Below, piece by piece: positions 27,974-37,234 of a stretch of DNA of 63,004 nucleotides. Each line of letters opens with the position of its first letter. Within the stretch, counting starts at the first letter, position 1. This DNA comes from a virus. Its lineage: Duplodnaviria; Caudoviricetes. The DNA is taken from positions 1-63,004 of IMG/VR virus record IMGVR_UViG_3300024265_000049; one strand, given 5' to 3'. Position numbers and translations under genes: made by a program. The notes under the pieces were generated by a model, which saw nothing but the letters and a program-made list of their open reading frames with translations, did not search any database and was not told where the DNA came from.

Positions 27974-30067
27974 TCATTCCCAGGTCTCCTTTGGTGGTCT
28001 TGCTGAAGCGCACTTTATCGACGCCGCACGGTCCGGCGATCTTCCCAAAATCTTCTTGATTTCCTTGGTTGGCGCAAGCATCATGACGTCAATCTTGCTC
28101 CCTCGAGCGGATCCCCGTGGAGCTGCCGTTTCTTTGATCTCGGGCACCCCCAGGGCTATCAAGTCTTCATGCGCCTTCTGGTCTCGGCACATGACCACCA
28201 AGCCAAGGGCTATAGCGTCGGCCAGGTCAAAGGCGTACATAGACCGGGCGTTAGCCGCTGCCCGATCCTGGCCTGGCAAAGGCAGTAACGGTGCCGCCCC
28301 AAACTGAATCCACCGCACTGTGCAGCCCATCGCCTTGAGGCTCGATCCGACGCCATGGCCCCCGCCAAGGTCCACTTGATAGACAGGGCTCTTCCCCCAC
28401 CTGGTCACCAGTTCCTCGGCCGCTTTAGCGCCCTTGTCGTCCACTGAGAGGGAATAGGGCTCGCCGATAATCGCGGGGACGCCGGGAAATTTAGTGCCGA
28501 TTAGCCCATCTTGTAAATTTACACTTCGGGCTAACTTCAGGGAGCTCCCGCCCGGATCGGACGATGCGGAAACTCCCTGCGTCAAATGCGCGTTGCCTTC
28601 CAGGTCGCCCAACGTGCTTTCCACACCAGGTTTTTCTCTGCTCGGCTGATGGTTCATCACCTCCTTTTTCCAAGATTCAGAATCCATGCTGAACTGCATC
28701 ATCAGCACTCGCGCTCCGTCTTGCAAACTGTCTCCATCCTGCTCCCTCGCCTGCCATGCCAGCTCAAGCAAGTCCCGAGGGCTCAGGCCCCACCAGGGAG
28801 TGCCGATCATCTCGTCCCCACCCTCGGCGTAGGCAGCGTCTACCCCCACCACTCGAGGAGCTCCTTCGGCATCGGGCACTCTCAACCGGAGCTCTACCGC
28901 TTTGCCCAGCATATAGGCGCCGAAGAGCGACCGCGGATCGATCGGAGGCCAACCGCCCACGATCACCCCGTATGCCTTGCCGGTAAGCGGTCGAATCACC
29001 AGCACCTCGACAGCAGGGTGCCCAGGGTGCCCGTCCTCTCGAGGCCCCAGGACGTCCTCTAAGCCACTTGGGGGCAGCGCGTACAGGAAGTCGCCGGCCT
29101 CCGGCTTAGGCCGGCAGAAGCCCTCTGGTGGCTTCTCGGCGCTATCCCAGTGCTTCCCGCGAATCTCAAAGTTCCGCTGGTCCCTAAGGTCAGCCTCTAC
29201 CACCACATGAGAAACCGCTCCCGGGATGACCTCTCGCCGTTGCTGAATGTTCTCGTGAGCCTGGAGTCCCTCAACCTTTGACTCTCCAAGGCCGAACCCA
29301 ATCCGGCCAACTGCCGAGCTGTAGACCGTTCGCCACCTGACCACCTGAGACAGATGATGTCCAAGCCCGGTAGCTGATGTCGGGTTTGTTGACCCGACAG
29401 CTCGATTATCCGCCCCCCTGAGCCTGCCCTTGAGAGCCTCAATCACGGCCGGCGAAATCGCCTTGACCTCTTCCAACCACGCCACCATGTTCGAATGGTG
29501 CGCCCCTAAGACATGGTGAGACACCTCATCAGCTCCTGCCGTAACAGGAGCCGTAATTCTCCGCATGTACCAACGGCCTTCGATCGGCTGCCAGTTAACC
29601 GACTTCGTCGAATGCCTGCCCCAACCTGGCAGCAAATGGCCTCGGTCCCTTGCCCTCTCCCCAAGCTCCAAGAAGTGTTTCTGGTACGCTTCGAGCCCAG
29701 CGTCTCCGGTAGCCGCCACGATCAGAATTACACATCCCCTGGGCCTGCCGTCCTCTTCAATCGCTGACCCGGCAGCATCAAACGTCCAGCCCAGCACCAT
29801 AGCCGCAAGGGCAGCGGACTTGCCCGTTGCATTTGCGCCTACTGCCAGGAGCTGAGTCGATTCAAGGTAAGCCTGAATCAGTCGTGTCTGGTCCCTGGCC
29901 AAAGTCCACCCGAACACCCTGCGGATATACCTCTCCGGGTCGCCTGCGGCGTAGAGTTCACGAGCCCGCTCCCTGTGCTGATCATCGGCTACGGAATCAG
30001 GCCGCAGCTCCCTGGCAGCCTGGGACATGAGGCCCGCCGAGGAGCGCCTAAATCTCGCTTTCGTCAC
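27974..30067 (-). CDS. terL: terminase large subunit
   Basis: Walker A GANATGKS, Walker B WLEE, STNPT, nuclease VGVDAA...GGD, and C-terminal LGRSPDRA. Confidence 0.85.
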   Translation of the reverse strand: MTKARFRRSSAGLMSQAARELRPDSVADDQHRERARELYAAGDPERYIRRVFGWTLARDQTRLIQAYLESTQLLAVGANATGKSAALAAMVLGWTFDAAGSAIEEDGRPRGCVILIVAATGDAGLEAYQKHFLELGERARDRGHLLPGWGRHSTKSVNWQPIEGRWYMRRITAPVTAGADEVSHHVLGAHHSNMVAWLEEVKAISPAVIEALKGRLRGADNRAVGSTNPTSATGLGHHLSQVVRWRTVYSSAVGRIGFGLGESKVEGLQAHENIQQRREVIPGAVSHVVVEADLRDQRNFEIRGKHWDSAEKPPEGFCRPKPEAGDFLYALPPSGLEDVLGPREDGHPGHPAVEVLVIRPLTGKAYGVIVGGWPPIDPRSLFGAYMLGKAVELRLRVPDAEGAPRVVGVDAAYAEGGDEMIGTPWWGLSPRDLLELAWQAREQDGDSLQDGARVLMMQFSMDSESWKKEVMNHQPSREKPGVESTLGDLEGNAHLTQGVSASSDPGGSSLKLARSVNLQDGLIGTKFPGVPAIIGEPYSLSVDDKGAKAAEELVTRWGKSPVYQVDLGGGHGVGSSLKAMGCTVRWIQFGAAPLLPLPGQDRAAANARSMYAFDLADAIALGLVVMCRDQKAHEDLIALGVPEIKETAAPRGSARGSKIDVMMLAPTKEIKKILGRSPDRAASIKCASARPPKETWE

Positions 30068-30467
30068 GGCTCGTTCTTCGGTGTCGGCCCTGGACCAGTC
30101 GCTGAATCATACGTGTCAAAAAAAAACGGTTCGCAGCACCCGCCATGGTCCGAGAGACGAACGCACAAGGCCGACAAGCCTGAGATTTCGCCCCGAATTG
30201 GTTTGCCGCACAAGTCGCCAAGCTCGCGGCCGCCCGGCTCGCCGGATGGATTCCTCGCCTCTTCCACGGCTTCGTCCTGTACTACCGCCATTCTCGTCTC
30301 CCTTCGTTTGAAACAACCCCGCTCCTGAGTGAGCCCAGGTCTGGTCACGGGATCCCCTGTTTGCTCCCCTTGCCCTGCTCTTGCTGTGCACACCGGGCCG
30401 ACACAGGACGAATGCCAGGAAAGCCATTTGCGAGGCCACGATACCCCACTTAAAGGATGCGGGCCCG

Positions 30468-30839
30468 TTAGTTTTTCTTGGCTTTCGCCCCGGAGACGAT
30501 CTCGCATGCCGACTCGAGGGCAGCTCTAACCTTCTTCGGACTGAGGCCGTAGACTTTCGCCAGCCCCTCAAGGTGAGCTTGGCGCGCCTCTTCGGCATCA
30601 ACAGCTTCCTGAGCTTCTCGAAGCTCCTGGCCAGCTGCGGCAGCCGCAGCCAAAGCGTCTTCTACCTTGTTGCCAACCCATCCTGGAAAGTCTGGCCGAT
30701 CATGGACAGCCTGAAGAGCGAGACCGGCTAAGCAGTCCTCTCGCTCTTGCTCGGTCACTCCGAAATCTGCTGCCTTGAACACCAGAGACACCTTGTGTTG
30801 TACGTCTGACCCCAACGGGCTTGGTTTTCTTCCTGCCAT
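30468..30839 (-). CDS. hypothetical protein
   Basis: ORF with RBS. Confidence 0.5.
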   Translation of the reverse strand: MAGRKPSPLGSDVQHKVSLVFKAADFGVTEQEREDCLAGLALQAVHDRPDFPGWVGNKVEDALAAAAAAGQELREAQEAVDAEEARQAHLEGLAKVYGLSPKKVRAALESACEIVSGAKAKKN

Positions 30840-31131
30840 TTATCAATCCCCTTCCTTGGTTGTGGTCGACTCGCGGACCGCCGACACGTTTCTTACCCGC
30901 GCCGCCCCCGGGATGAACACACGATCGAACTGGACGCCATTACGGGTCAGCAGGTCACAAACCCGATCCTTGGTGTCTGCCCCGTTCTCGAAGGCTTGCC
31001 GCTGGATCTCGGGCAAGTCGGCCGGAATTAAGTCGTGAAGGCGCGCCCAGTCACCGGGCGAGGTGTATCCCATGGCCCTAAAGTCAAAGTTTTCGTTCAT
31101 TGGGTTTTTCTCCTTAGCTCCAGCCATGACA

Positions 31132-31208
31132 TGGTGGGGCGCCCGGGACTCGAACCCGGACGAAACGCATAAGGATGCGCGTCCTCTTTCCATTTGGGAT
31201 AACGCCCC
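31132..31208 (-). tRNA. tRNA-like gene with degenerate anticodon loop
   Basis: GGGGCGT/GCGCCCC acceptor stem, ACCA end, D-loop GG, CCGGG-TTCGAGT-CCCGG T arm; anticodon arm GCGCA-TCCTTA-TGCGT has a 6-nt loop. Confidence 0.7.
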
Positions 31209-31297
31209 ATTGAAGCGCCCGCGGGAACCGGCCGGCAATCGAGACCCGGACTTGAACCGGGGCACCTAAGTAACGACCCACTCGCCAGCCAAGGAAG

Positions 31298-31326
31298 ACT
31301 CTACCGCACCACTGTGGTGCAGTCAA
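31298..31326 (-). promoter_or_regulatory. sigma70-type promoter with palindromic spacer
   Basis: TTGACT-N17-TAGAGT; GCACCAC-N-GTGGTGC at 31306..31320. Confidence 0.6.
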
Positions 31327-31339
31327 CCCCCTCAGGCAC

Positions 31340-31368
31340 AAAAAGGACCCGAGAGCTTGCTCGGGTCC
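31340..31368 (-). terminator. rho-independent terminator
   Basis: GGACCCGAG/CTCGGGTCC stem plus TTTTT. Confidence 0.75.
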
Positions 31369-31406
31369 GTAGAGTGATGAAGGAAACCCGCTGCTGTCGC
31401 CCAGGA

Positions 31407-31823
31407 CTATGCCACAAACTCCAGCTGGTCGCGCTTCCTGACAAGGTCGGCCAGCACCCTCTCTAAGTTCCATCCCCCGAAGGGTGCTGTCGTGGCGGTT
31501 CCGTTTTCTGCGTCCGGCGAGCCCTCCGATTCTTCAACCTCGTCGGTGCGATACGACGCACAGTTGGCCGAAGCTCCGTTGTTGTGGTTGCCGATGGGGT
31601 CCAAGACTTCGCGCTGGATTCTCTCCGCCTGTTCAGCTGTTCCGAACCACGAATTGATATGCCACACTATAGGGCTCGGACTACCCACCTTGCTTAGCTC
31701 TACAGTCATAGAGTCGCCAGCGTTAGGATCAGACTCTAATGCCCTTGCGTTTGCATTGTACTGGCCCCTTGGATCAGAACCGGTGACCCTGGTCAGTGAC
31801 CATGTTTGCACGTCACCGCTCAT
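31407..31823 (-). CDS. hypothetical protein (possibly virion-associated)
   Basis: Coupled to the upstream ORF. Confidence 0.45.
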   Translation of the reverse strand: MSGDVQTWSLTRVTGSDPRGQYNANARALESDPNAGDSMTVELSKVGSPSPIVWHINSWFGTAEQAERIQREVLDPIGNHNNGASANCASYRTDEVEESEGSPDAENGTATTAPFGGWNLERVLADLVRKRDQLEFVA

Positions 31824-32521
31824 GACTGATCCTTCATCCAATTATACAGCCCTTCGATCTGGGCTCGGCTGTGGTCTTCGTTATAGACAACATCGTGGGA
31901 CATATCAACAGCCGCCGCCGCCGATGTGCCCATAATGGCGAAGTCGTCAGCCGCACCGAGCGTTAAGGTCCAGGTGGCGGAGGTCGTCCATAAACCACCA
32001 TCTATTCGTTGCTCAAGAGCTGTCCCCGCTCCCCCATAACGCCACTGGTACACAAAGAATTCATCTGTTGCTTTTCCGTGGGCAGTCGTTAGCAGTACCG
32101 TGGAGCCATTTCTAGCGCTCACGGTAGTGGCGTCTATTCGAAAATTCAAAGGAGGGGAGCCAATCCTATGAGCCGCCTGCCACTGCCTGTTCAGAGCAGT
32201 CTTTCCATTGTAGGCTATTCTTGCGGAACCGCTACACCCAGCGTTTGAAAAAACAGTGTCGGCGCCGCTGCCTATCGCCATTCTGTCATCGACAGCGTCG
32301 CTGCTGACGGCAGTTGCAATCAACTGAGGTCTATTGGCTTCCACGTTGGCAGTAAGGTTTGACAACAATCCCAGATTGGTCCAAGGGTTCACGCCACCGA
32401 CGTCCAGGATGGCGTTTTCGCGGCGCAAATCCACCGTGAGGCCCGACAGGAAGCTTGGGATTGTGCCCCCGTCGCCCTCATTGCCGGCAGCAACATTAAG
32501 CAAAAACCAAGACGAGCTCAT
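31820..32521 (-). CDS. ConA/LamG-like beta-sandwich protein (possibly virion decoration)
   Basis: W.NL..., RIDG and VVYN..HS.AQI..LYNW pattern. Confidence 0.45.
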   Translation of the reverse strand: MSSSWFLLNVAAGNEGDGGTIPSFLSGLTVDLRRENAILDVGGVNPWTNLGLLSNLTANVEANRPQLIATAVSSDAVDDRMAIGSGADTVFSNAGCSGSARIAYNGKTALNRQWQAAHRIGSPPLNFRIDATTVSARNGSTVLLTTAHGKATDEFFVYQWRYGGAGTALEQRIDGGLWTTSATWTLTLGAADDFAIMGTSAAAAVDMSHDVVYNEDHSRAQIEGLYNWMKDQS

Positions 32522-32530
32522 AGTCCTGCT

Positions 32531-32887
32531 CTATGAGTCCACGCCTAGCCGTCTGAGGCCCACCTTGACCTCGAAACCGGCCACTGGCGTATTATCCAGT
32601 TCAAGTTCGCAATAGGTAAGGGCCGCAAGCGACATAGCTTCGCCATTATCAATGATCGGATTGATAGCGTCTGCCACGACAACCAGCACCAGTCCCGCGC
32701 GAACGGCTTTCATGGTGTCGTCTCTTGACAGGCCGGATCTCACCGTAACCGAGGTTCCTGACAATGCCGGCATGTCAAACGCGTAGTTTGCCGACCGGTG
32801 AAGACTTTGGATGTCGCTCGTTGGCCCGGTACCGTCCCAGGCGAACGTTACGTGCGTTCGCGCGTCTATGTCGTCTTGGAGTGCCAT
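32531..32887 (-). CDS. hypothetical protein (possibly structural)
   Basis: Acidic, beta-rich ORF. Confidence 0.45.
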   Translation of the reverse strand: MALQDDIDARTHVTFAWDGTGPTSDIQSLHRSANYAFDMPALSGTSVTVRSGLSRDDTMKAVRAGLVLVVVADAINPIIDNGEAMSLAALTYCELELDNTPVAGFEVKVGLRRLGVDS

Positions 32888-33185
32888 AGCTACTTACCCC
32901 CTGCCTGAGTAGAGATAACGCCCTGAGCAATGCCCAGCGGGCGTGCAAGGGGTATCTGAGTGGCGCATCGTTGGGCTCATGGCAGGGAAGTGTAACAGAT
33001 GTAGGTAAGCAGAGGGAAGAGTGAAGAAAATTCGAAGAATCCCTGATTGGGGGTTGACAGCGCTAGCAAGGCAGGCTTCGCCGGACATCTTGCGCAGCCG
33101 CTTCGAAAGCTTGTCACTAGCAACCCACTCATTAAGTAGGCGGTTTCGGTTAAGGAGCTCTTCCATACAGCGCGTCGCTGGCGTA

Positions 33186-33743
33186 CTAATGCTCATCGTT
33201 GTTGTCCCGACTTTCCTTCGACTGCCCATGATTCACGGATCTTTCCAGATCGAACGTCCACAGAGTCTTGGCGCCGCCTGATTTCTTGCTAGCCCTGTTT
33301 GTCCACGTACCCCCGCCGGTAGATCCTTTCATAACGGAATGCTTGCGCCAGCCGGCGAGTTGGTAGATTTTTCCTCCACCAGGGCCGTGCTCTCGCAAGG
33401 AACAATAAGACACGGCAATCTCCGCAGGCCAATATGGCCACAGCGTGGCCCCGATAGATTGCCACAGCCGCAGACAGGCTACTGTGGCCCAGGGGTAGTC
33501 GGGGTGGCGAACCAAGCGCGACAGCTCTACAACTTCCTTTCGTGGGCGGCCAGCACTGGTACTGCCAACGGTTGACGCTGAGACAGCAACTGCGACGATT
33601 CCCAGGCCATCGGCCTCAAGGGCAAAGTCTTGCCGCCCAAAGGGACGTCGGTTGGAGCCAAGATAGTGGCCCCATTGTTCAAGAAGGCCATCGGCCACCT
33701 TAGGTTTGATTAGGCCAAAAACAGCAAGGGGGACCGTCCTCAA
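33186..33743 (-). CDS. Mom-like (GNAT-fold) DNA modification protein
   Basis: HYLG, VVELSRL, VSY....H.....G.IY..AGW motifs of the Mom/XF1762 family. Confidence 0.65.
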   Translation of the reverse strand: MRTVPLAVFGLIKPKVADGLLEQWGHYLGSNRRPFGRQDFALEADGLGIVAVAVSASTVGSTSAGRPRKEVVELSRLVRHPDYPWATVACLRLWQSIGATLWPYWPAEIAVSYCSLREHGPGGGKIYQLAGWRKHSVMKGSTGGGTWTNRASKKSGGAKTLWTFDLERSVNHGQSKESRDNNDEH

Positions 33744-34390
33744 GGCTCTACCTTCCCTTCGATTGCCCGCAAGTCCTTGACCTCCTTTGCCGGTGGAGCC
33801 ACCCCGTCTGCTTCGCACGCTGCCACCTCGAGAGCGTAAAGTAACGCGTGTGCCTCTTTGGTCGGCAAGGTATCCAGAATCACCCGCCGATACAGCGCGT
33901 TGGCCTCCTCGAGCTGCCGCATCGACGCATCGTAAACCGCCAGCTCCCTAGGGGCGTCAAGGCCGTGCAAAGACGCCTTACGCTCCGAGATAGTTACCGC
34001 CGTCCTGATAGCTACCGGACTTGCTTCCCGGCCCCCCCGACCGCACGTCAGGCAAGGCTCGTGAGTCCTTAGCTGAGGCTCTAGAGCGGCCAGGTTCCTT
34101 TCTAGGCGTGCGTCCTCCAGTTGACGCATGCTTTCAGCTAAGCGCTTGTCCGCCGGATAGTTCTTGGCGAGCTCCTTCTTGACCCAGGTATGAACCGTTC
34201 CGGGGGTGTACGGCCTACCGGCATACAAGCCAGTAGTGCGCAGAGGCAGTGCCTTGCAGATTTCGGTATACACCATTCCCTCAACGCGCATCTTGAACGC
34301 CTTGCGATGGAGATCTATAGCCGCTTCCGGGTTACTCCCGGAAGCACTTTGTACTGCGGCGTTCGGCATTCGATTTTCTACGTTTTCCAA
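33740..34390 (-). CDS. terminase small subunit-like HTH protein
   Basis: AF.MR.EG..Y.EI HTH; ERKA.LHGLDAP motif. Confidence 0.6.
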   Translation of the reverse strand: MENVENRMPNAAVQSASGSNPEAAIDLHRKAFKMRVEGMVYTEICKALPLRTTGLYAGRPYTPGTVHTWVKKELAKNYPADKRLAESMRQLEDARLERNLAALEPQLRTHEPCLTCGRGGREASPVAIRTAVTISERKASLHGLDAPRELAVYDASMRQLEEANALYRRVILDTLPTKEAHALLYALEVAACEADGVAPPAKEVKDLRAIEGKVEP

Positions 34391-34877
34391 TTAAGCAAGA
34401 GAAGACTTGCGTTATTTATCCGCAACGCCCTGTGAGTCTGCGAAAGTTTCGCTAACCCTGAGCTCAAGGCCCTCTCCTTGCTCCTTAGGAGGATCAGGTA
34501 ATTCAAAAACGCACTTATGCAGCCTGTATAAGTCAGTCTCCAGGGCCTCAATTGACGAACCCGCAGAATCGCCATCAGCCAAGTTCCCCCGGTGAGCCGC
34601 ACTCCACCCCGCCAAATTCCAATTCCCTGCACGGTCCATGGCCAGCCACGCCGTTCCTGTCTTCTTGCTCATGGCTTCTTCTCCTCTGTCGCCTCGCCGG
34701 CACTGCCTCCGCCGTACTGGCCCAGGCCCAACACCCACCGCAAAACACTGACGCGAGCGGTTAGCTCCGTCTGGATAAGGGCCAGGGGGGCATTGACCAG
34801 GACGAACGCAGGCTCGTAGTGTAAGCGTTCATCGGCTGCAATGTGCGACACCATGTCTCTGATTTGCTGTTCGCTTT

Positions 34878-35201
34878 TCATGGTGTGCCCGAGTGCGAAA
34901 GTAGCCGACTATTCCGACTTGTCAAACTCATGCCATCTCCCTTCTTCAGTTTCACCAGTCTGACGCTAAGCCGCAATCGACCATGCCTGATCCCCTCTAC
35001 TTCCGCGCACGCTATCCCCAACATACCAGCGTAGGACTCCAGACTCTCGATATTGACCCGCTGGCAGGTCTCTTCAATGCGGCGTATGGTCACATGAGAC
35101 AGCTTCGTGAGCTCGGATGCATGTACGCGGTTATGGCACCCAACGAGAACGCGGAGCGCCTCGAACCGCTGGACAGGGGTTACTTCGCGATCGATCGTCA
35201 T
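34878..35201 (-). CDS. XRE-like HTH protein
   Basis: SELTKLSHVTIRRIEE...ESLESYAGMLGI. Confidence 0.55.
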   Translation of the reverse strand: MTIDREVTPVQRFEALRVLVGCHNRVHASELTKLSHVTIRRIEETCQRVNIESLESYAGMLGIACAEVEGIRHGRLRLSVRLVKLKKGDGMSLTSRNSRLLSHSGTP

Positions 35202-35496
35202 CAGTCCTGGCCCTGACTCCCCAGGGACCGAAGGCCCGGGGGCTCAACGCCATCGCTACTGCCGAGCAGAAGATGATCCAGGCGCTTCTTGACGCATTGC
35301 ATTTTTGCCCAATCAACGAGAATCGACACTGCCACGTCCTTCGACAGTTGCTCGGCCTCGTCGGCGGTAAGGTCCGAGAACAAAACCCAGTCCGGCCCCT
35401 CTCCGGGGTTCTTGCTCCTGATCATACTGAGGTTTAGGGGAACCCTCTTCATCGGTCCGCCGGGGACATAGCCACACACCTGAACTGTGAATCTTC

Positions 35497-36078
35497 TCAT
35501 GGCTCCAGCTCCTTCCTGTACTTGGCCAACCACCAGCGCAGGACAACGGCAACCGACTTATCAAGGTCTTCGCGAGAGAGAGGAGCTCTCAGTAACCCTC
35601 GAGTATGGAGAACGTCGACGGCGTTCGTGAGCGTACGGCAGACGTAATAGCGGGGAGCAAAGGAATCTTCGAAGAAAGATTCGATAACCGTCCGCTTCTT
35701 CGCGTCAGGCTCTTCAAGGTCTAAGTATCCCGTCCACCCGTCAACAAACTTGGCTGCCCACTGCTTCTGCGCTGGAGACTGAACGTTCTTGCCCCACTTC
35801 AACTCTATCGCCGTTGCGGGAGGCCCCGCGAATATCCAGTCGCCTACCCCAGGCTTCACACCTACCCATCTGAGCCTGCCCGCCTCCGCCCTGGAAGCAC
35901 GCTCGTTCGGCACATGGAACCCTGCTCCACGTAGCTCTACTTCCGGCAAGTCCAGCCAGTAATTGAGCGCCGCAGACAAGTGGTCTTCGTGATTCTCACG
36001 CACCTTGCGGACCGCCGTGGACTTAGTGTCTTCGCGGGACGCCGCCAGGGCATGCTTGCCGAGGTTCTCGAGAAGCAT
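35497..36078 (-). CDS. VRR-NUC-like PD-(D/E)xK nuclease
   Basis: FHVPNE, GVKPGVGDW, IELK and SPAQKQW motifs. Confidence 0.75.
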   Translation of the reverse strand: MLLENLGKHALAASREDTKSTAVRKVRENHEDHLSAALNYWLDLPEVELRGAGFHVPNERASRAEAGRLRWVGVKPGVGDWIFAGPPATAIELKWGKNVQSPAQKQWAAKFVDGWTGYLDLEEPDAKKRTVIESFFEDSFAPRYYVCRTLTNAVDVLHTRGLLRAPLSREDLDKSVAVVLRWWLAKYRKELEP

Positions 36079-36511
36079 AGCGTCAGTCCGACACTACCCG
36101 GCGAGTCTTCGATGGCTCAGCACCGATTTGCCGAATAAGCTCCTTGCACTTCCTGGCCAGGGACAGGTAATAGCCCTGAGAGCATTTGGTTGTATTTGGC
36201 TTGGCCATCGACTCACAATGCCACCTGAACTGATCCAACAGCTCGGGAACGCCATCGAGCGAACTCAGCAGGTCTTCGAGCTCATCCGCTTTGCGCCTCG
36301 CGGCATCTGCCCGTTCCTTTAAACTCACGCTCTTCCCCTTTCTTCTGCTAACCAAGTGGCGACCGGCACTCACCCGGCGAAAGCACCTCAGCACCGGAGG
36401 GGTTGCTGGTGATCACGCACGGAACCGGTCGCCACCTGTAATCAGTATCTCTAAACAGTGGCCCGTGGCCACTGGAGCTATCCTGTCAGATCTTGAAACC
36501 GAAGTCAAGCC

Positions 36512-37234
36512 TCACCCGCTTACTTCCCGAAGGAACGTGTGAATAGATCCCGGCACCCTGGCAGGACCCGCTTGGAGCGCAGTCTTGCGCTCAATCGACA
36601 GAATCGTAGCCCTATCGAAAACAGCCTTGACGCCTGCCACAGTGGCCAAGGAATCGCTGCCTGCCTCGAGCAGTCTTATTATCTCAGATGCGGTATATAC
36701 CACGCCCTCGACGCGCTTCTTGGAATTGTCCGACACCAGGGAATAGCCCTCTCCCGCGTCAAGGACTCCGCCCGCAACCCTGGTCGCCAGCCCGGCCCAA
36801 GAAAAGTCACTTACCGGCATTGATCCGACCTCGAGCGCCGCCATAGCCCTCCAGGCTCCGTACCTGCCGCACACCAACCGAGACCGCGCTGAAACCTTAC
36901 CTTTAACGGTAATCAACTCGACAAAAGCAGTGCGGTCACGATTGTAGACCGCCCGAATCGGCTCAGGCCAGGACTCGAAGCGCTCCTCGACCTGTTTTTT
37001 GGTCCACTTCTCGATCTGCAACCAGGGAGGGCACTTGACAAGCCAATAGTGCAACAGCCCCGCAGGAGTGGCCCCTGACCGACGCAGATTATTTCGGAAA
37101 TGGAGCGGTCGCCCTCGCGCGAGCCATGCCCCTAGCGGAGAGGGGAATACGGCGCGCTCTTCAGGAGCGATCTGCTCTAACGGCACCTGGGCTGTAAGAG
37201 CTTGATTGAATTGTTCGACAGGAGAGATCACCAC
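36512..37234 (-). CDS. hypothetical protein (replication operon)
   Basis: Coupled to the primase-helicase gene. Confidence 0.5.
   Translation of the reverse strand: MVISPVEQFNQALTAQVPLEQIAPEERAVFPSPLGAWLARGRPLHFRNNLRRSGATPAGLLHYWLVKCPPWLQIEKWTKKQVEERFESWPEPIRAVYNRDRTAFVELITVKGKVSARSRLVCGRYGAWRAMAALEVGSMPVSDFSWAGLATRVAGGVLDAGEGYSLVSDNSKKRVEGVVYTASEIIRLLEAGSDSLATVAGVKAVFDRATILSIERKTALQAGPARVPGSIHTFLREVSG

Noticed and set aside
31132-31208. Ochre suppressor tRNA (TTA) or alternative genetic code
   Set aside because: TTA is not centred in a 7-nt loop, and the major genes read through intact in code 11 using all three stop codons.
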